NCBI GenBank assembly: GCA_964504535.1
Contig: CAZDED010000009.1
Location: 1-63,289 of the forward strand
Reading direction: 5' to 3'
Source: an uncultured Gammaproteobacteria bacterium
GTDB taxonomy: Bacteria > Patescibacteriota > Microgenomatia > Levybacterales > GWA1-39-11
Length of the DNA stretch: 63,289 bases
The translations under genes and the position numbers were made by a program. Within the stretch, counting starts at the first letter, position 1. Every line of letters starts with the position of its first letter. Positions 1 through 9,032 of this stretch are shown here, piece after piece. The notes beneath the pieces are model-generated. The model was not told the origin of the DNA and searched no databases. It saw only the letters and a program-made list of their open reading frames with translations.

Positions 1-52
1 TCCAGGAATTTATAGAAAGAAGTTTTGTGGTAAATTGAATTTTTGACATATG

Positions 53-125
53 GGTGGAAGACGGGTGCCGCCCCCGCGACCTCCGGTTCCACAAACCGGC
101 GTTCTACTGTTGAACTACATCCACC
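53..125 (-). tRNA. tRNA-His (anticodon GTG) with encoded G-1; non-canonical T-loop
   Basis: The reverse complement folds as acceptor GTGGATG/CTTCCAC (one T:T mismatch), D arm GTTC..GAAC, and anticodon arm CCGGT-TTGTGGA-ACCGG. The T stem is GCGGG/CCCGT, but the T-loop reads GGCGGCA rather than a TTCRAxx-type loop. An extra 5' G lies opposite discriminator C. Confidence 0.55.
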
Positions 126-216
126 ATGTTTGCTTCGCAAATGTGGTGGATGCAAGCAAGCGTAGCGCGCGCCACATCCATCAAACGAAGCTTAATTATT
201 GCCTTTTCTTTCTCTG

Positions 217-289
217 CGCCCTCGGCGGGACTCGAACCCACAACCTAATCGTTAGAACCGATGTGCTCTATCCATTGAGCTACGAAGGC
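217..289 (-). tRNA. tRNA-Arg (anticodon TCT)
   Basis: Reverse complement: GCCTTCG-TA-GCTC-AATGGATA-GAGC-A-CATCG-GTTCTAA-CGATT-AGGTT-GTGGG-TTCGAGT-CCCGC-CGAGGGC-G. This is a canonical cloverleaf with no encoded CCA. Confidence 0.85.
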
Positions 290-342
290 GTACTTTCAGC
301 CTATATTTTACTATACCATGGGTTACTAACACAACTGAGGGT

Positions 343-1590
343 TTAGAAAGAGAATTTAATGAATGTACAGTTATTTGCGTCTTGTCCTGTTTCTACATTT
401 TTGGCAGGCGTGAATGTCTGAAGTTGAAGATTTTTCTTTTGTTGTGCTGTCAGAGTTGGGGTTGGCGTCGACACTGCTACTTGATTTGTTCCACCACCAA
501 ATAGTCCTACGAAAAATGATGCCATCCTATCCCACAAACTCGGTGTTTTTGTACTAGTCCCCAAAACAACACTATGTGAAGCAAAATAAGCCGCAGCTGT
601 TTTTCTTGAACAATCTGGATGCGCCTGAATCCGGTAGGTTTGTGACTTATCAAGACCAGAATCGAGATTCAGAGTCCAAACAGCTTGGTATCTTGTCTTT
701 TCAGCACTGTCTTCGACAACTGTCGTATTAACTTTTTCAGGGGCTTTTACTTGCGTTACAATAGTTCCATTTCCTTTGTAAAATGTGAATGTAAAGGTAG
801 GTATTTTTGCATAATTTTTATTGGTTCCCATGACTTTCCCATAAGCAGTTACATGAAAGGGATTACCCAACACAATAGGTTCCAATGGTTGCTTTATATT
901 GTCACACTGACACATCGAATTATTGAAAGGAAAAGGAGTTGGTGTTGGTGTGGGGGTAGCCGTGGGAGATGGTGAAGGAGTTGGAGTAGCGGTTGGAATA
1001 GGTGTAGGAGTAGCACTTGGTGTTGGAGTTGCGGTTGGAATAGGTGTAGGAGTAGGCGTATTTGAAGGTGTTGGTGACACTGTAGGAGTCGGAGTTGCTG
1101 TAGGGGTTGGCGGGGGTGGTGAACATTTTTTATTAATACAGACAGTACAACCATCTTTCGCTCCCTGACAAGCATAATTTCCAGAACACGAAGACCCACA
1201 AGAGGGGGGTATTGTAGGAGTTGGTGTTGGAGCTGAACCACAAACATTTCTTCCTGCCCCATTTGGGTTACAAACAGGACATTCTAATGGACAAGTTGAT
1301 TCTGCAGGTGAACATGGTCCACCACAGGACACAATCGGTGGAGTAACCGGCGGCAAGCAGGACGACTCGTCTATCTCGTAGGCTGTGCAGTAAAGAGCAC
1401 CGTTTGTGCATCCGGTCGGCTCAACATTTTTGCAGATATTGTGGCACAACTGTCCACTAGAATTTGTCGTATAGGTATTGTATGCCTCGGTCCCTGAGGG
1501 TGGAGTAGCTGCCAATAGTCGCCTGGTTAATACTACGCAACCAATAAAAACAAGAAAGATAAATAAAATTATATTGATTTTTTTTGTCAT
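343..1590 (-). CDS. Secreted or membrane-anchored Cys-rich protein with a long Pro/Thr linker; function unknown
   Basis: 415-aa ORF. It has an N-terminal hydrophobic signal/anchor (KKINIILFIFLVFIGCVVL), a Cys-rich N-terminal half (CPLECPVCNP, CTVCINKKC) and a (T/S)P(T/S)P low-complexity linker. The start ATG abuts the stop of the upstream gene. Confidence 0.7.
   Translation of the reverse strand: MTKKINIILFIFLVFIGCVVLTRRLLAATPPSGTEAYNTYTTNSSGQLCHNICKNVEPTGCTNGALYCTAYEIDESSCLPPVTPPIVSCGGPCSPAESTCPLECPVCNPNGAGRNVCGSAPTPTPTIPPSCGSSCSGNYACQGAKDGCTVCINKKCSPPPPTPTATPTPTVSPTPSNTPTPTPIPTATPTPSATPTPIPTATPTPSPSPTATPTPTPTPFPFNNSMCQCDNIKQPLEPIVLGNPFHVTAYGKVMGTNKNYAKIPTFTFTFYKGNGTIVTQVKAPEKVNTTVVEDSAEKTRYQAVWTLNLDSGLDKSQTYRIQAHPDCSRKTAAAYFASHSVVLGTSTKTPSLWDRMASFFVGLFGGGTNQVAVSTPTPTLTAQQKKNLQLQTFTPAKNVETGQDANNCTFIKFSF
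981..1064 (-). repeat. 42-nt coding tandem repeat (2 copies) inside the PT-rich linker
   Basis: The first 33 nt of copy 1 (981-1013) and copy 2 (1023-1055) differ at one position (ttggagtWgcggttggaataggtgtaggagtag). They encode the repeated TPTPIPTATPTPS segment. Confidence 0.8.
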
Positions 1591-2756
1591 AACGTGCTAT
1601 TCAAATAAATCAGATAATTCGTGTAAGCAGTGTCTGATATTAATATCATATTAGTGGAAGGATTTGTAGACTTAGATTTAGAATAAAATGTTGTTCCACC
1701 TTCGCCAAATAGGATTTTGTTATCAGCAGTATCGTAAAAATGAATCAAAAAATCCGTAAGCAACTTTCGTGCAGTATCCTTGTAACCTGCATTTTCCAAA
1801 TACTTTCCTCCCAACATAAACGTTTCGATACATGGATGAATATGAACAGGATTATCAAATTCGACAATCGCATTCATTCGATTATTGATCCTTAAATATT
1901 CCAAAGCATTAATAACAGAGATCTCATCGTTCTCGGCGATTGCAATTTCCACCTGAGCCAAAGTGACCCAGCAGGCATATTTGGGCAAAACTACTTTGGG
2001 ACCGAATGGATTCAGATACTGTTTTTGCACTTCATCCTGAGCCAAAGCAAGTCTAGATTTTGCTTTTACTAGGAGAGATGAATCAGCAAAAAATTTCGAA
2101 AGCAAAGCTAATTCTCTGGCTTCTATTGAGAGAAGCATAAGGTCTGTCGAAGGCTTCTGAGCAACTAGTGCTACAGATTCCTTCTTGAGAAATGTCACCA
2201 TATTTTCATCCTTAAGGTCAGAGCTCATGATAATAGGTTGAGCAATCAGATAGGTACAGTCTTCTATTCTTGGCTTGCACCAATCATAGAGTACAGCCAA
2301 ATCTCTCTTAGTCTTCCCCAGTGCACTCATGTCTCCAATAGCTTTATATGCAGAATAGTGCCCTAATGCGGTCCAAGAATTAACCGGCAGTGAATTATTT
2401 ATTTCATAGAAACACTTTTTTTTACCATTAATTTCAGGGCAAGTTACTTCCTCATGCGACTGATACTTATATGTGGTGTCATCATTTCTTTGTGTTTCTA
2501 GATATCTAGAAATCCTTGATGTATTCTCACCCGAATCGTCATCGGAAATAGCTTTATCTATAAAACTTTTCTCTGAAATAACCCTTTTAGTATTATCTAT
2601 AGATACTTTTCGGCTTAAAAAGAGAATCATAAAAACGAGGATTAGACCAAATACAAAAAAGGCAGCAATAAAAATCTTTACCCTGCTTTTTCTTGGAACA
2701 AGATCAGCTGGTGCTTTTTCAGTCTCGTTAGATATAACGTTACTTTCTTCATTCAT
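1587..2756 (-). CDS. N-terminally anchored hypothetical protein
   Basis: The ORF track gives 1587..2819. I place the start at ATG 2756 (MNEESNV...) because the upstream gene ends at 2764. A single TM helix (IFIAAFFVFGLILVFMILFL) is followed by a roughly 330-aa soluble domain. Confidence 0.6.
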   Translation of the reverse strand: MNEESNVISNETEKAPADLVPRKSRVKIFIAAFFVFGLILVFMILFLSRKVSIDNTKRVISEKSFIDKAISDDDSGENTSRISRYLETQRNDDTTYKYQSHEEVTCPEINGKKKCFYEINNSLPVNSWTALGHYSAYKAIGDMSALGKTKRDLAVLYDWCKPRIEDCTYLIAQPIIMSSDLKDENMVTFLKKESVALVAQKPSTDLMLLSIEARELALLSKFFADSSLLVKAKSRLALAQDEVQKQYLNPFGPKVVLPKYACWVTLAQVEIAIAENDEISVINALEYLRINNRMNAIVEFDNPVHIHPCIETFMLGGKYLENAGYKDTARKLLTDFLIHFYDTADNKILFGEGGTTFYSKSKSTNPSTNMILISDTAYTNYLIYLNSTL

Positions 2757-2763
2757 AATAAAT

Positions 2764-3381
2764 TTATAGCGCGAGAAGAACGATGCCGCCAACAATAGCC
2801 AATAATATTCCTCCTGCAAGAATTACTGTCTGCCCTATTCCACCCGGAGGTTCAATTGTTGGAGTAGCCGTTGGGGGAATAGGAGTTGCAGTTGGTGCAA
2901 CAGAAGGTGTAATTAAAGCATCGACTTGACAGAGCAATTGATCGGAAGTAGCAGCTGCCAAGCCTCCGCAAGCACTCACCGCAACTACATCACATTTGTA
3001 TGTCTTGCCCTGCGTAATTGCAAAAAGAATTTTGGTTGTTGAAGCTGATTGTGACTCGTTATTCTTAAGTATTGTTCCTGATTCTACTTCTGTTACTGTG
3101 ACGTTAAATGACGCAGCATCCGCCTGAGAACTCCAAGAACAGCTTGCTTGTGTAAGATCGCATGAGGTTCCTGTACAGCCAGGGAACTCAACAACAACTC
3201 CACTAGCTGGAGCTGGAGCTGCGCATGCCTGAGCATGAGCCTTAGGTGCGTTAAACAAACCGAAAACTGACAAACTGAAAATAGCAAAAAGGAGAATGAA
3301 ATTTTGTAATGCAAGCCATGCAAAATGCTCTTTTTGCCTGAAAACTTTTTGAGAGGCAAAAATAAATACTTTTTTTATCAT
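2764..3381 (-). CDS. Secreted protein with a C-terminal hydrophobic anchor
   Basis: 205-aa ORF. It has a signal-like N-terminus ending AHAQA, a PT-rich stretch (APTATPIPPTATPTIEPPGG), and a terminal TM segment (ILAGGILLAIVGGIVLLAL) with no charged tail. Confidence 0.6.
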   Translation of the reverse strand: MIKKVFIFASQKVFRQKEHFAWLALQNFILLFAIFSLSVFGLFNAPKAHAQACAAPAPASGVVVEFPGCTGTSCDLTQASCSWSSQADAASFNVTVTEVESGTILKNNESQSASTTKILFAITQGKTYKCDVVAVSACGGLAAATSDQLLCQVDALITPSVAPTATPIPPTATPTIEPPGGIGQTVILAGGILLAIVGGIVLLAL

Positions 3382-3504
3382 AACTACAGAATCACCAGCA
3401 CGTGTGGTTCTTCTAATATACGCATAGAATTACCCGCAGGTCAAGAGGGGGAGGAGGATGGGTTTAGCTTGGTAGGGTTAAGGGTTTAGAAAACGTAAGT
3501 ATTG

Positions 3505-3576
3505 TGAGCGGCCAGGGACTCGAACCCTGAACCGATTCCTTAAGAGGGAATTGCTCTACCATTGAGCTAGCCGCCC
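3505..3576 (-). tRNA. tRNA-Lys (anticodon CTT)
   Basis: Reverse complement: GGGCGGC-TA-GCTC-AATGGTA-GAGC-A-ATTCC-CTCTTAA-GGAAT-CGGTT-CAGGG-TTCGAGT-CCCTG-GCCGCTC-A. Confidence 0.85.
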
Positions 3577-3601
3577 GACTCACAATTTCTAAATCTTTCT
3601 G

Positions 3602-3674
3602 CGCGCTCGAAGGGACTCGAACCCCCAACCCCATGGTCCGAAGCCACGTACTCTATCCATTGAGCTACGAGCGC
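3602..3674 (-). tRNA. tRNA-Arg (anticodon TCG)
   Basis: Reverse complement: GCGCTCG-TA-GCTC-AATGGATA-GAGT-A-CGTGG-CTTCGGA-CCATG-GGGTT-GGGGG-TTCGAGT-CCCTT-CGAGCGC-G. Confidence 0.85.
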
Positions 3675-3775
3675 AAAGACAATTGATCAGATGATGTATT
3701 TTATCAGATAATGAGCTTGTTTCAAAACTCTTTGGGTTCTTTTCGGTTTGTTTCATGTATTTTTAAGCGTAACTT

Positions 3776-3784
3776 TGCTATAAT
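3776..3784 (+). promoter_or_regulatory. Extended -10 promoter element (TGcTATAAT) about 11 nt upstream of the GT2 ATG
   Basis: The sequence tttGcTATAAT ends at 3784 and the first in-frame ATG is at 3796. This implies a leaderless or very short-leader mRNA. Confidence 0.4.
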
Positions 3785-3795
3785 TGAACCACACA

Positions 3796-4734
3796 ATGAA
3801 CCCAAAATATTCTGTCGTTATCCCTATTCTCAACGAGGAAGAAAGCATTGACGAGCTTCTGTCACAAATAGATACTGCATTTTCCAAGCTGAAGGAAAAA
3901 TACGAAATCATATTCGTTGATGATGGTTCGACCGATTCCACGCTTGAAAAGCTCAAAAAATATGCACAAAAAAATTCCTCCATCCATATTTATTCCTTCA
4001 GAAGAAATTTAGGAAAATCTACTGCTTTAACTTTAGCTTTCCAAAAAGTTAAAGGAGAATTCGTGATCACAATGGACGCTGATCTTCAAGATGATCTTGC
4101 AAATCTACCTGCAATAATCAAAACCCAAAAAGAAGGCAACTATGATCTAGTATCCGGATGGAGAAAAAATAGGAAAGATTCTTTACTTAAGATTATCAAT
4201 TCACGCTTCTTTAACAGCTTTATTATCCCCATGCTGTTTCAGGTAAATTTTAAAGACATGAATTCAGGACTAAAACTGTACCGCTCAGAATTGGCAAAGG
4301 AAATAAAAATATATGGAGGAATGCACAGATTCATTCCTATTCTGGCAAAAGAGATGGGATTTAAAGTGAAAGAAGAAGTTATCACTCACAAAAAGCGGAA
4401 ATACGGGGTTTCTAAATATAAATCAACAAAAATATTTACCGATATTCCAGATCTTATGACAATGTATTTTTTAGTCAAATATACAAGGCGCCCTCTGCAC
4501 TTTTTCTCCAAATTAGGCGGTATGCTTTTGGCAGCCGGAACACTGATCCTCCTATACCTTATTGTCATAAAACTTTTAGGACATTCTATCGGTACCAGAC
4601 CCCTTTTAACTTTCGGCGTACTATTTGAAATTGCGGGCATCCAAACAATATTTACAGGACTTCTTGCTGATCTTATGGTTAATTTCAACCGAGTCAACAG
4701 AGAAGAAGATCTTCCCATTAAGTATAAGTCTTAA
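3796..4734 (+). CDS. Family 2 glycosyltransferase (polyprenyl-phosphate glycosyltransferase-like) with C-terminal TM helices
   Basis: The N-terminus YSVVIPILNEEESI, FVDDGSTDST and TMDADLQDD are typical GT2/DPM1-like motifs, and there are two C-terminal TM helices. The track start at 3784 is a TTG inside the -10 box, so ATG 3796 is preferred. Confidence 0.85.
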   Translation: MNPKYSVVIPILNEEESIDELLSQIDTAFSKLKEKYEIIFVDDGSTDSTLEKLKKYAQKNSSIHIYSFRRNLGKSTALTLAFQKVKGEFVITMDADLQDDLANLPAIIKTQKEGNYDLVSGWRKNRKDSLLKIINSRFFNSFIIPMLFQVNFKDMNSGLKLYRSELAKEIKIYGGMHRFIPILAKEMGFKVKEEVITHKKRKYGVSKYKSTKIFTDIPDLMTMYFLVKYTRRPLHFFSKLGGMLLAAGTLILLYLIVIKLLGHSIGTRPLLTFGVLFEIAGIQTIFTGLLADLMVNFNRVNREEDLPIKYKS

Positions 4735-4739
4735 TTTCC

Positions 4740-7034
4740 ATGAAAAGCTTCAAAAAATTCGTAAGATTTTTTCTTGGAATTCCAGTAACGATATTAGCCT
4801 TTGTATTTATAGGTAAAGTCTTTTTCGATAACAGAAATGTCATCGTCAACTCCCTTCTGACACTAAATCCTCTTCTTTTTCTTTTGGGGTTATTATTCTT
4901 CGCGATATTCTTTATGATCAAGTCCTTTGTGTGGATCGAGATTCTCAAAAAAAGAGGCTATGTCCCACCAAAACGGTCTACCATATATCTTTACTCAATT
5001 TCAGAAGTAAAAAGATATATACCGGGAAGTATTTTTGCATTTATCGGACGCGCAAACTCTTTGTCTGAACATATTCCTGGAAAAGAGACACTGAAGAGTA
5101 TTGGAATTGAAGCGATACTATTAGTGCTGTCTGCCCTTGTTCTTTGCATTCCAGCTGCCTTTTTCCCCTTTCATAAAGCACAACAACAGGGATTTTCAGT
5201 TCCTGGTTATTTAGCGGCCGCTTTAATAGTACTTGGTATTGTTGCAGTTACTTTCGTTTATTTGAAATTCAAGCGCATAGTTCTTTCTTATCTTGACAGT
5301 TTTCTTCTTTTTGTTCTCGCTTGGTTTTTCTATGCACTCGGTTGTTTTTTCATAGCAATTTCCATAACGTACATTTATCCCTTCAATATTACTTTTATCC
5401 TTTCTTTTTTTGTTCTTTCATGGCTTAGCGGGTATCTTCTTTTTATTACGCCAATGGGACTTGGTATACGGGAAGTTATTGCAACAGCAAGTCTTTCTTT
5501 TTTCTTACCGGTACCTATCGCGTCAACCATAGCTATCCTTACAAGAGTTGGTATGGTTTTGGGTGAGATACTGTATCTTGCAGTCACGTATATATTTCAC
5601 AAACTAAAAATTAATTCGAGAATTTTACGACTCAATCCATGTCTTCTTATTGTTTGTTTTTGTGCCATTGTTTATTTTGCGTTCTTTTCAACTTACACAA
5701 CAACAAGGCATGACATATACATCTCCGGCAGATTTGATCTCGGAAACATGACGCAAACAGTATGGAACACTTCACATGGAAACTTTTTTTCTTTGACTAA
5801 TCCTGATGGCGTTGAGCAGATTTCCAGGTTGGCAGACCATTCGGATATCATTTTGGTCTTATTTGCTCCACTCTACCTTATCTGGTCTGACCCAAAAGTA
5901 CTACTTATCATCCAATCGCTTATTATTGCACTTGGAGGAATTGTGGTCTTTCTCCTTGCGAAAGAGGTTTTGAAAAATCAACGCATAAGCCTCGCTCTGG
6001 CACTATCATTTTATTTGAATTTCTGGGTACATGAACAAAATATATTTGATTTCCATGCAGTCTCAATCGGCACAACATTACTTCTTACGACATTCTACTT
6101 CCTGATCAAAAAAAGATATGTTCTGTTCTCCCTCTTTTTATTACTATCTGTTATGACAAAGGAAAATGTTTTTCTCGTAGCAAGTTTTTTCGGCTTGTAT
6201 CTTTTTTTCAAAGAAAAAAAATGGATTATAGGAACTTTACTTACAATAATTCCGACTATAATTTTTTTCTATCTTGTATCAAAAGCAATTCCCGATGCTC
6301 GCGGAAATGCACATTTTGCACTGTCATATTATTCCTATCTTGGAGGAACCACGCAAGAAATAGTCCAGAATCTTATCTTCAAGCCACAGATCGCTTTTGG
6401 TCACCTTTTTAGCCTTTCGACATTTGACTATCTTCATCAATTGCTTATACCAACCGGATATTTGGCGCTCCTTTCGCCTTTTTATCTGATATTCACACTA
6501 CCCGAACTTGCAATCTACCTATTGTCTGCTAACCCTGGGTTGAGATCGTATCAATACCATTATGGCGCTATAATCCTCCCTTTCATTTATATTTCAACAA
6601 TTTATGGAGTTAAAAGGTTTTTTGCAAAATTTGGGAATCAAAATTCTGAAAAAATTGTTTTTTATTACATACTTTTTTCAGCATTAGTTTCTCTCTATAT
6701 CTATTCACCTCTACCGGGCATGAGGAATGCTGACTATTCGCCTTATACTACTACCAGTAGCAAAACTATAGATACTTACTTGTCTATAATACCCGAAGAT
6801 GCTTCAGTAAGTGCATCAAATAACATAGGGGCACATTTGTCACACAGGCGTGAAATATTTGTCGTACCTTTTGCGATTGATACGGCTGACTATGTAGTTC
6901 TTTACATGGAGAGTAAGATCATGAAGGGGAATATTAATCTTCACAAATATCAAACAGTTATAGCAGACAGTAAAAATAATTTTTATCTCTATAGAATAAA
7001 ACCTATTGTCCCCTGTCCATCATGCAAACCCTAA
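4740..7034 (+). CDS. Polytopic membrane fusion protein: flippase-like (LPG-synthase-TM/UPF0104-type) N-terminal domain plus a DUF2079-like domain
   Basis: 764 aa with more than 15 predicted TM helices. The N-terminal third (about 300 aa) resembles the lysyl-PG-synthase TM family (...ITPMGLGIREV...). The remainder carries the DUF2079-like signature RHDIYISGRFDLGNMTQTVWNTSHG. It starts 6 nt after the GT2 stop. Confidence 0.7.
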   Translation: MKSFKKFVRFFLGIPVTILAFVFIGKVFFDNRNVIVNSLLTLNPLLFLLGLLFFAIFFMIKSFVWIEILKKRGYVPPKRSTIYLYSISEVKRYIPGSIFAFIGRANSLSEHIPGKETLKSIGIEAILLVLSALVLCIPAAFFPFHKAQQQGFSVPGYLAAALIVLGIVAVTFVYLKFKRIVLSYLDSFLLFVLAWFFYALGCFFIAISITYIYPFNITFILSFFVLSWLSGYLLFITPMGLGIREVIATASLSFFLPVPIASTIAILTRVGMVLGEILYLAVTYIFHKLKINSRILRLNPCLLIVCFCAIVYFAFFSTYTTTRHDIYISGRFDLGNMTQTVWNTSHGNFFSLTNPDGVEQISRLADHSDIILVLFAPLYLIWSDPKVLLIIQSLIIALGGIVVFLLAKEVLKNQRISLALALSFYLNFWVHEQNIFDFHAVSIGTTLLLTTFYFLIKKRYVLFSLFLLLSVMTKENVFLVASFFGLYLFFKEKKWIIGTLLTIIPTIIFFYLVSKAIPDARGNAHFALSYYSYLGGTTQEIVQNLIFKPQIAFGHLFSLSTFDYLHQLLIPTGYLALLSPFYLIFTLPELAIYLLSANPGLRSYQYHYGAIILPFIYISTIYGVKRFFAKFGNQNSEKIVFYYILFSALVSLYIYSPLPGMRNADYSPYTTTSSKTIDTYLSIIPEDASVSASNNIGAHLSHRREIFVVPFAIDTADYVVLYMESKIMKGNINLHKYQTVIADSKNNFYLYRIKPIVPCPSCKP

Positions 7035-8383
7035 GACTTACTTTTGGATAAATTGTATTCTTTAGGGAAGTAATAGAACGAAGCAGGCGCATCATCAGTC
7101 AGATATTTCTGGAAATCAGCATATATCTTTTTTCTCTTTTCCAAATCAGAAATAGACCTTCCATCTTCCAAAAGTTTGTCTATCCTGAGGTTTTTATAGT
7201 GAGTAATGTTATTCCTTTGATCTGAATGCCAAAGGACATATTGGTCTGGATCTTGCGGTAGCTTTACACGGTATATAAAAATCTGAAAATCAGAAGGCAC
7301 ATCCTGGACAATTTTAATCTTGGTTTTTATCCCTATTTGCTCCCAAGCTTTTTGGACATTTTGTGCAACTCTTTGATATTCATCAGTTGTCGAAATTTCA
7401 ATTGGATCTTTTATCGGTTCTTTTACCGAAAATAGTAATGTTTTTGCAAGTTCTATGTCAGTGATCTTATAAGTAGGAGGTTGGCTAAAGAAAATTGAAT
7501 TCGGTGGTATTGGCCCAAATGCCCGCTCACCGACTGACACTTTTTCAGGTAGAGAATAATTGAGAGCTTGGCGTATCTTCTTGTTGTTAAGAACCGAATC
7601 GTTATTGTTATAAAATATCGCAACAAGACCAGTATAGTTTGTGTAATTTTCTGTACGCACTTTTTTCCATTGTGATAGGTCTATCTTTTCAACTGTAGGC
7701 GTTATCGCACCATAAATTTTTGATACTTCACCAAGCATGAAAGCAACCTTTAACGCCCGCTGAGTTGGGTAGAAATATATTTTTTTCTTTTGATTTTTTA
7801 ATTTTTTGTTGGACAAAGTTATTGATCTGACAAATCCTCCATTTATATCTACGTTCTCAACCTTGTACCTTCCAATCCCTGCCAATTTCTTTCCAAAAAT
7901 AGGACGCGCAACCGTTGAAAGAAAAGGAGAGTAAGGATTGGCAAGAATGTATTGGATAGTATATTTGTCGATTACTTTTTCAGTCACATTCTCGAAATTG
8001 AAATTCACATTTTTACTGGTAAGCTCCTGACCGTTATGAAACTTAATGCCATGCTTTAACTTGAAAGTATAGATTTTCTCATTCTGAACTGTCCAGCTTT
8101 CTGCAGCACCAGATGTTATTTGGCCATCCGAGGCCACTTTCGTCAAACCATAACTTACCTCATCTAAAATTTCCGGAGGCAGCGTTGCAAGAGTATAAGA
8201 ACCTGCGTATCCAACATTCTCTGTTGTTTTAAAAATTAACGGACGGAAATAATAGTTAAGAAGCCCTACAATCGCAAAAAATACCAGTATTCCCAATACG
8301 AGTGAACTTATAATCGTTCTACTCATTTTCTTGAAATACGCTTTGATAAGCCAAACGTAATATCGTCTCTTGAGACTGGCCAT
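7031..8383 (-). CDS. ABC-transporter substrate-binding protein, family 5 (peptide/nickel type), N-terminally anchored
   Basis: 450 aa. An N-terminal TM helix is followed by an SBP_bac_5-like sequence (GLTKVASDGQITSGAAESWTV..., KFHNGQELTSKNV). Confidence 0.7.
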   Translation of the reverse strand: MASLKRRYYVWLIKAYFKKMSRTIISSLVLGILVFFAIVGLLNYYFRPLIFKTTENVGYAGSYTLATLPPEILDEVSYGLTKVASDGQITSGAAESWTVQNEKIYTFKLKHGIKFHNGQELTSKNVNFNFENVTEKVIDKYTIQYILANPYSPFLSTVARPIFGKKLAGIGRYKVENVDINGGFVRSITLSNKKLKNQKKKIYFYPTQRALKVAFMLGEVSKIYGAITPTVEKIDLSQWKKVRTENYTNYTGLVAIFYNNNDSVLNNKKIRQALNYSLPEKVSVGERAFGPIPPNSIFFSQPPTYKITDIELAKTLLFSVKEPIKDPIEISTTDEYQRVAQNVQKAWEQIGIKTKIKIVQDVPSDFQIFIYRVKLPQDPDQYVLWHSDQRNNITHYKNLRIDKLLEDGRSISDLEKRKKIYADFQKYLTDDAPASFYYFPKEYNLSKSKS

Positions 8384-8389
8384 ACAGAT

Positions 8390-8605
8390 CTATTGTAATA
8401 CGAGAGTTAAGATGGAGTTTGCAGCGAAAAGAACAGCCAAAATAATCGTAGCGTAGAAAAGGAACCTTTCAAGACCACGCTTACTCCGAAAACTTTCAGT
8501 ACCTCCACCAAAAGCTATTCCTGCCTCACTACCTCTTTGCTGCAAAATAATAACAACTACTAAAAGGAGAGACAAAACAACTTGTATGACTGCGAAAATA
8601 TTCAT
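8390..8605 (-). CDS. secG: Preprotein translocase subunit SecG
   Basis: 71 aa with two TM helices and the characteristic LLQQRGSEAGIAFGGG segment. Confidence 0.8.
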   Translation of the reverse strand: MNIFAVIQVVLSLLLVVVIILQQRGSEAGIAFGGGTESFRSKRGLERFLFYATIILAVLFAANSILTLVLQ

Positions 8606-8607
8606 TT

Positions 8608-9012
8608 TTACTTACCAAAAAGCCAGTTAATTGCCTTCGTGATGAGGTATATTGTAACAGAAATCAGGCAATAAGACAAAAGAAGTGACACATAAAACTT
8701 GTGTATTTCGATTCCCCAAAACGACAGACCATAAAAAGTAAAAGCTTTGACATCAATAGAAGGATAGATCAGTGTAATGAGAAACAAAATGAATGCTGTT
8801 ATAAATATGCTAAATAAACCCAGACTTAACATATTAAATGGAAGAGATATAACTGACAAAATTGGTTTTATCACCTTAAATCCAATTGCCAAGAGGATTC
8901 CGCCGATAACAAGGGTTCTAATTCCTCCATGTAGCACCAGCCCTGAAAAGAGCATTTGAGTTATGTACAAAGCGAATGCGTACAGTAATACGTTTCGTAA
9001 AATCCCACGCAT
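8608..9012 (-). CDS. Four-TM membrane protein, DUF360 / holin-family-4-like
   Basis: 134 aa with four hydrophobic helices. Size and topology fit the DUF360 family; the assignment is tentative. Confidence 0.5.
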   Translation of the reverse strand: MRGILRNVLLYAFALYITQMLFSGLVLHGGIRTLVIGGILLAIGFKVIKPILSVISLPFNMLSLGLFSIFITAFILFLITLIYPSIDVKAFTFYGLSFWGIEIHKFYVSLLLSYCLISVTIYLITKAINWLFGK

Positions 9013-9032
9013 ATCTTTAAGAATACCACAAG

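Noticed and set aside
131-195. Structured RNA or extra tRNA in the spacer between tRNA-His and tRNA-Arg
   Set aside because: GCTTCG...CGAAGC closes an imperfect hairpin, but the inner pairings are inconsistent and no cloverleaf can be drawn. The evidence is insufficient.
50-346. 98-aa plus-strand ORF at the start of the window
   Set aside because: It lies entirely across two minus-strand tRNA genes (His, Arg) and their spacer. The sequence is arbitrary and nothing supports it as coding.
894-1262. Alternative-frame ORFs (894-1262, 920-1126, 923-1168, 685-975) within the PT-rich gene
   Set aside because: They are low-complexity translations (GVGV, QLLQ, SNSY) of the Pro/Thr repeat in other frames or on the other strand. 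The 415-aa frame has a signal peptide and sensible domains.
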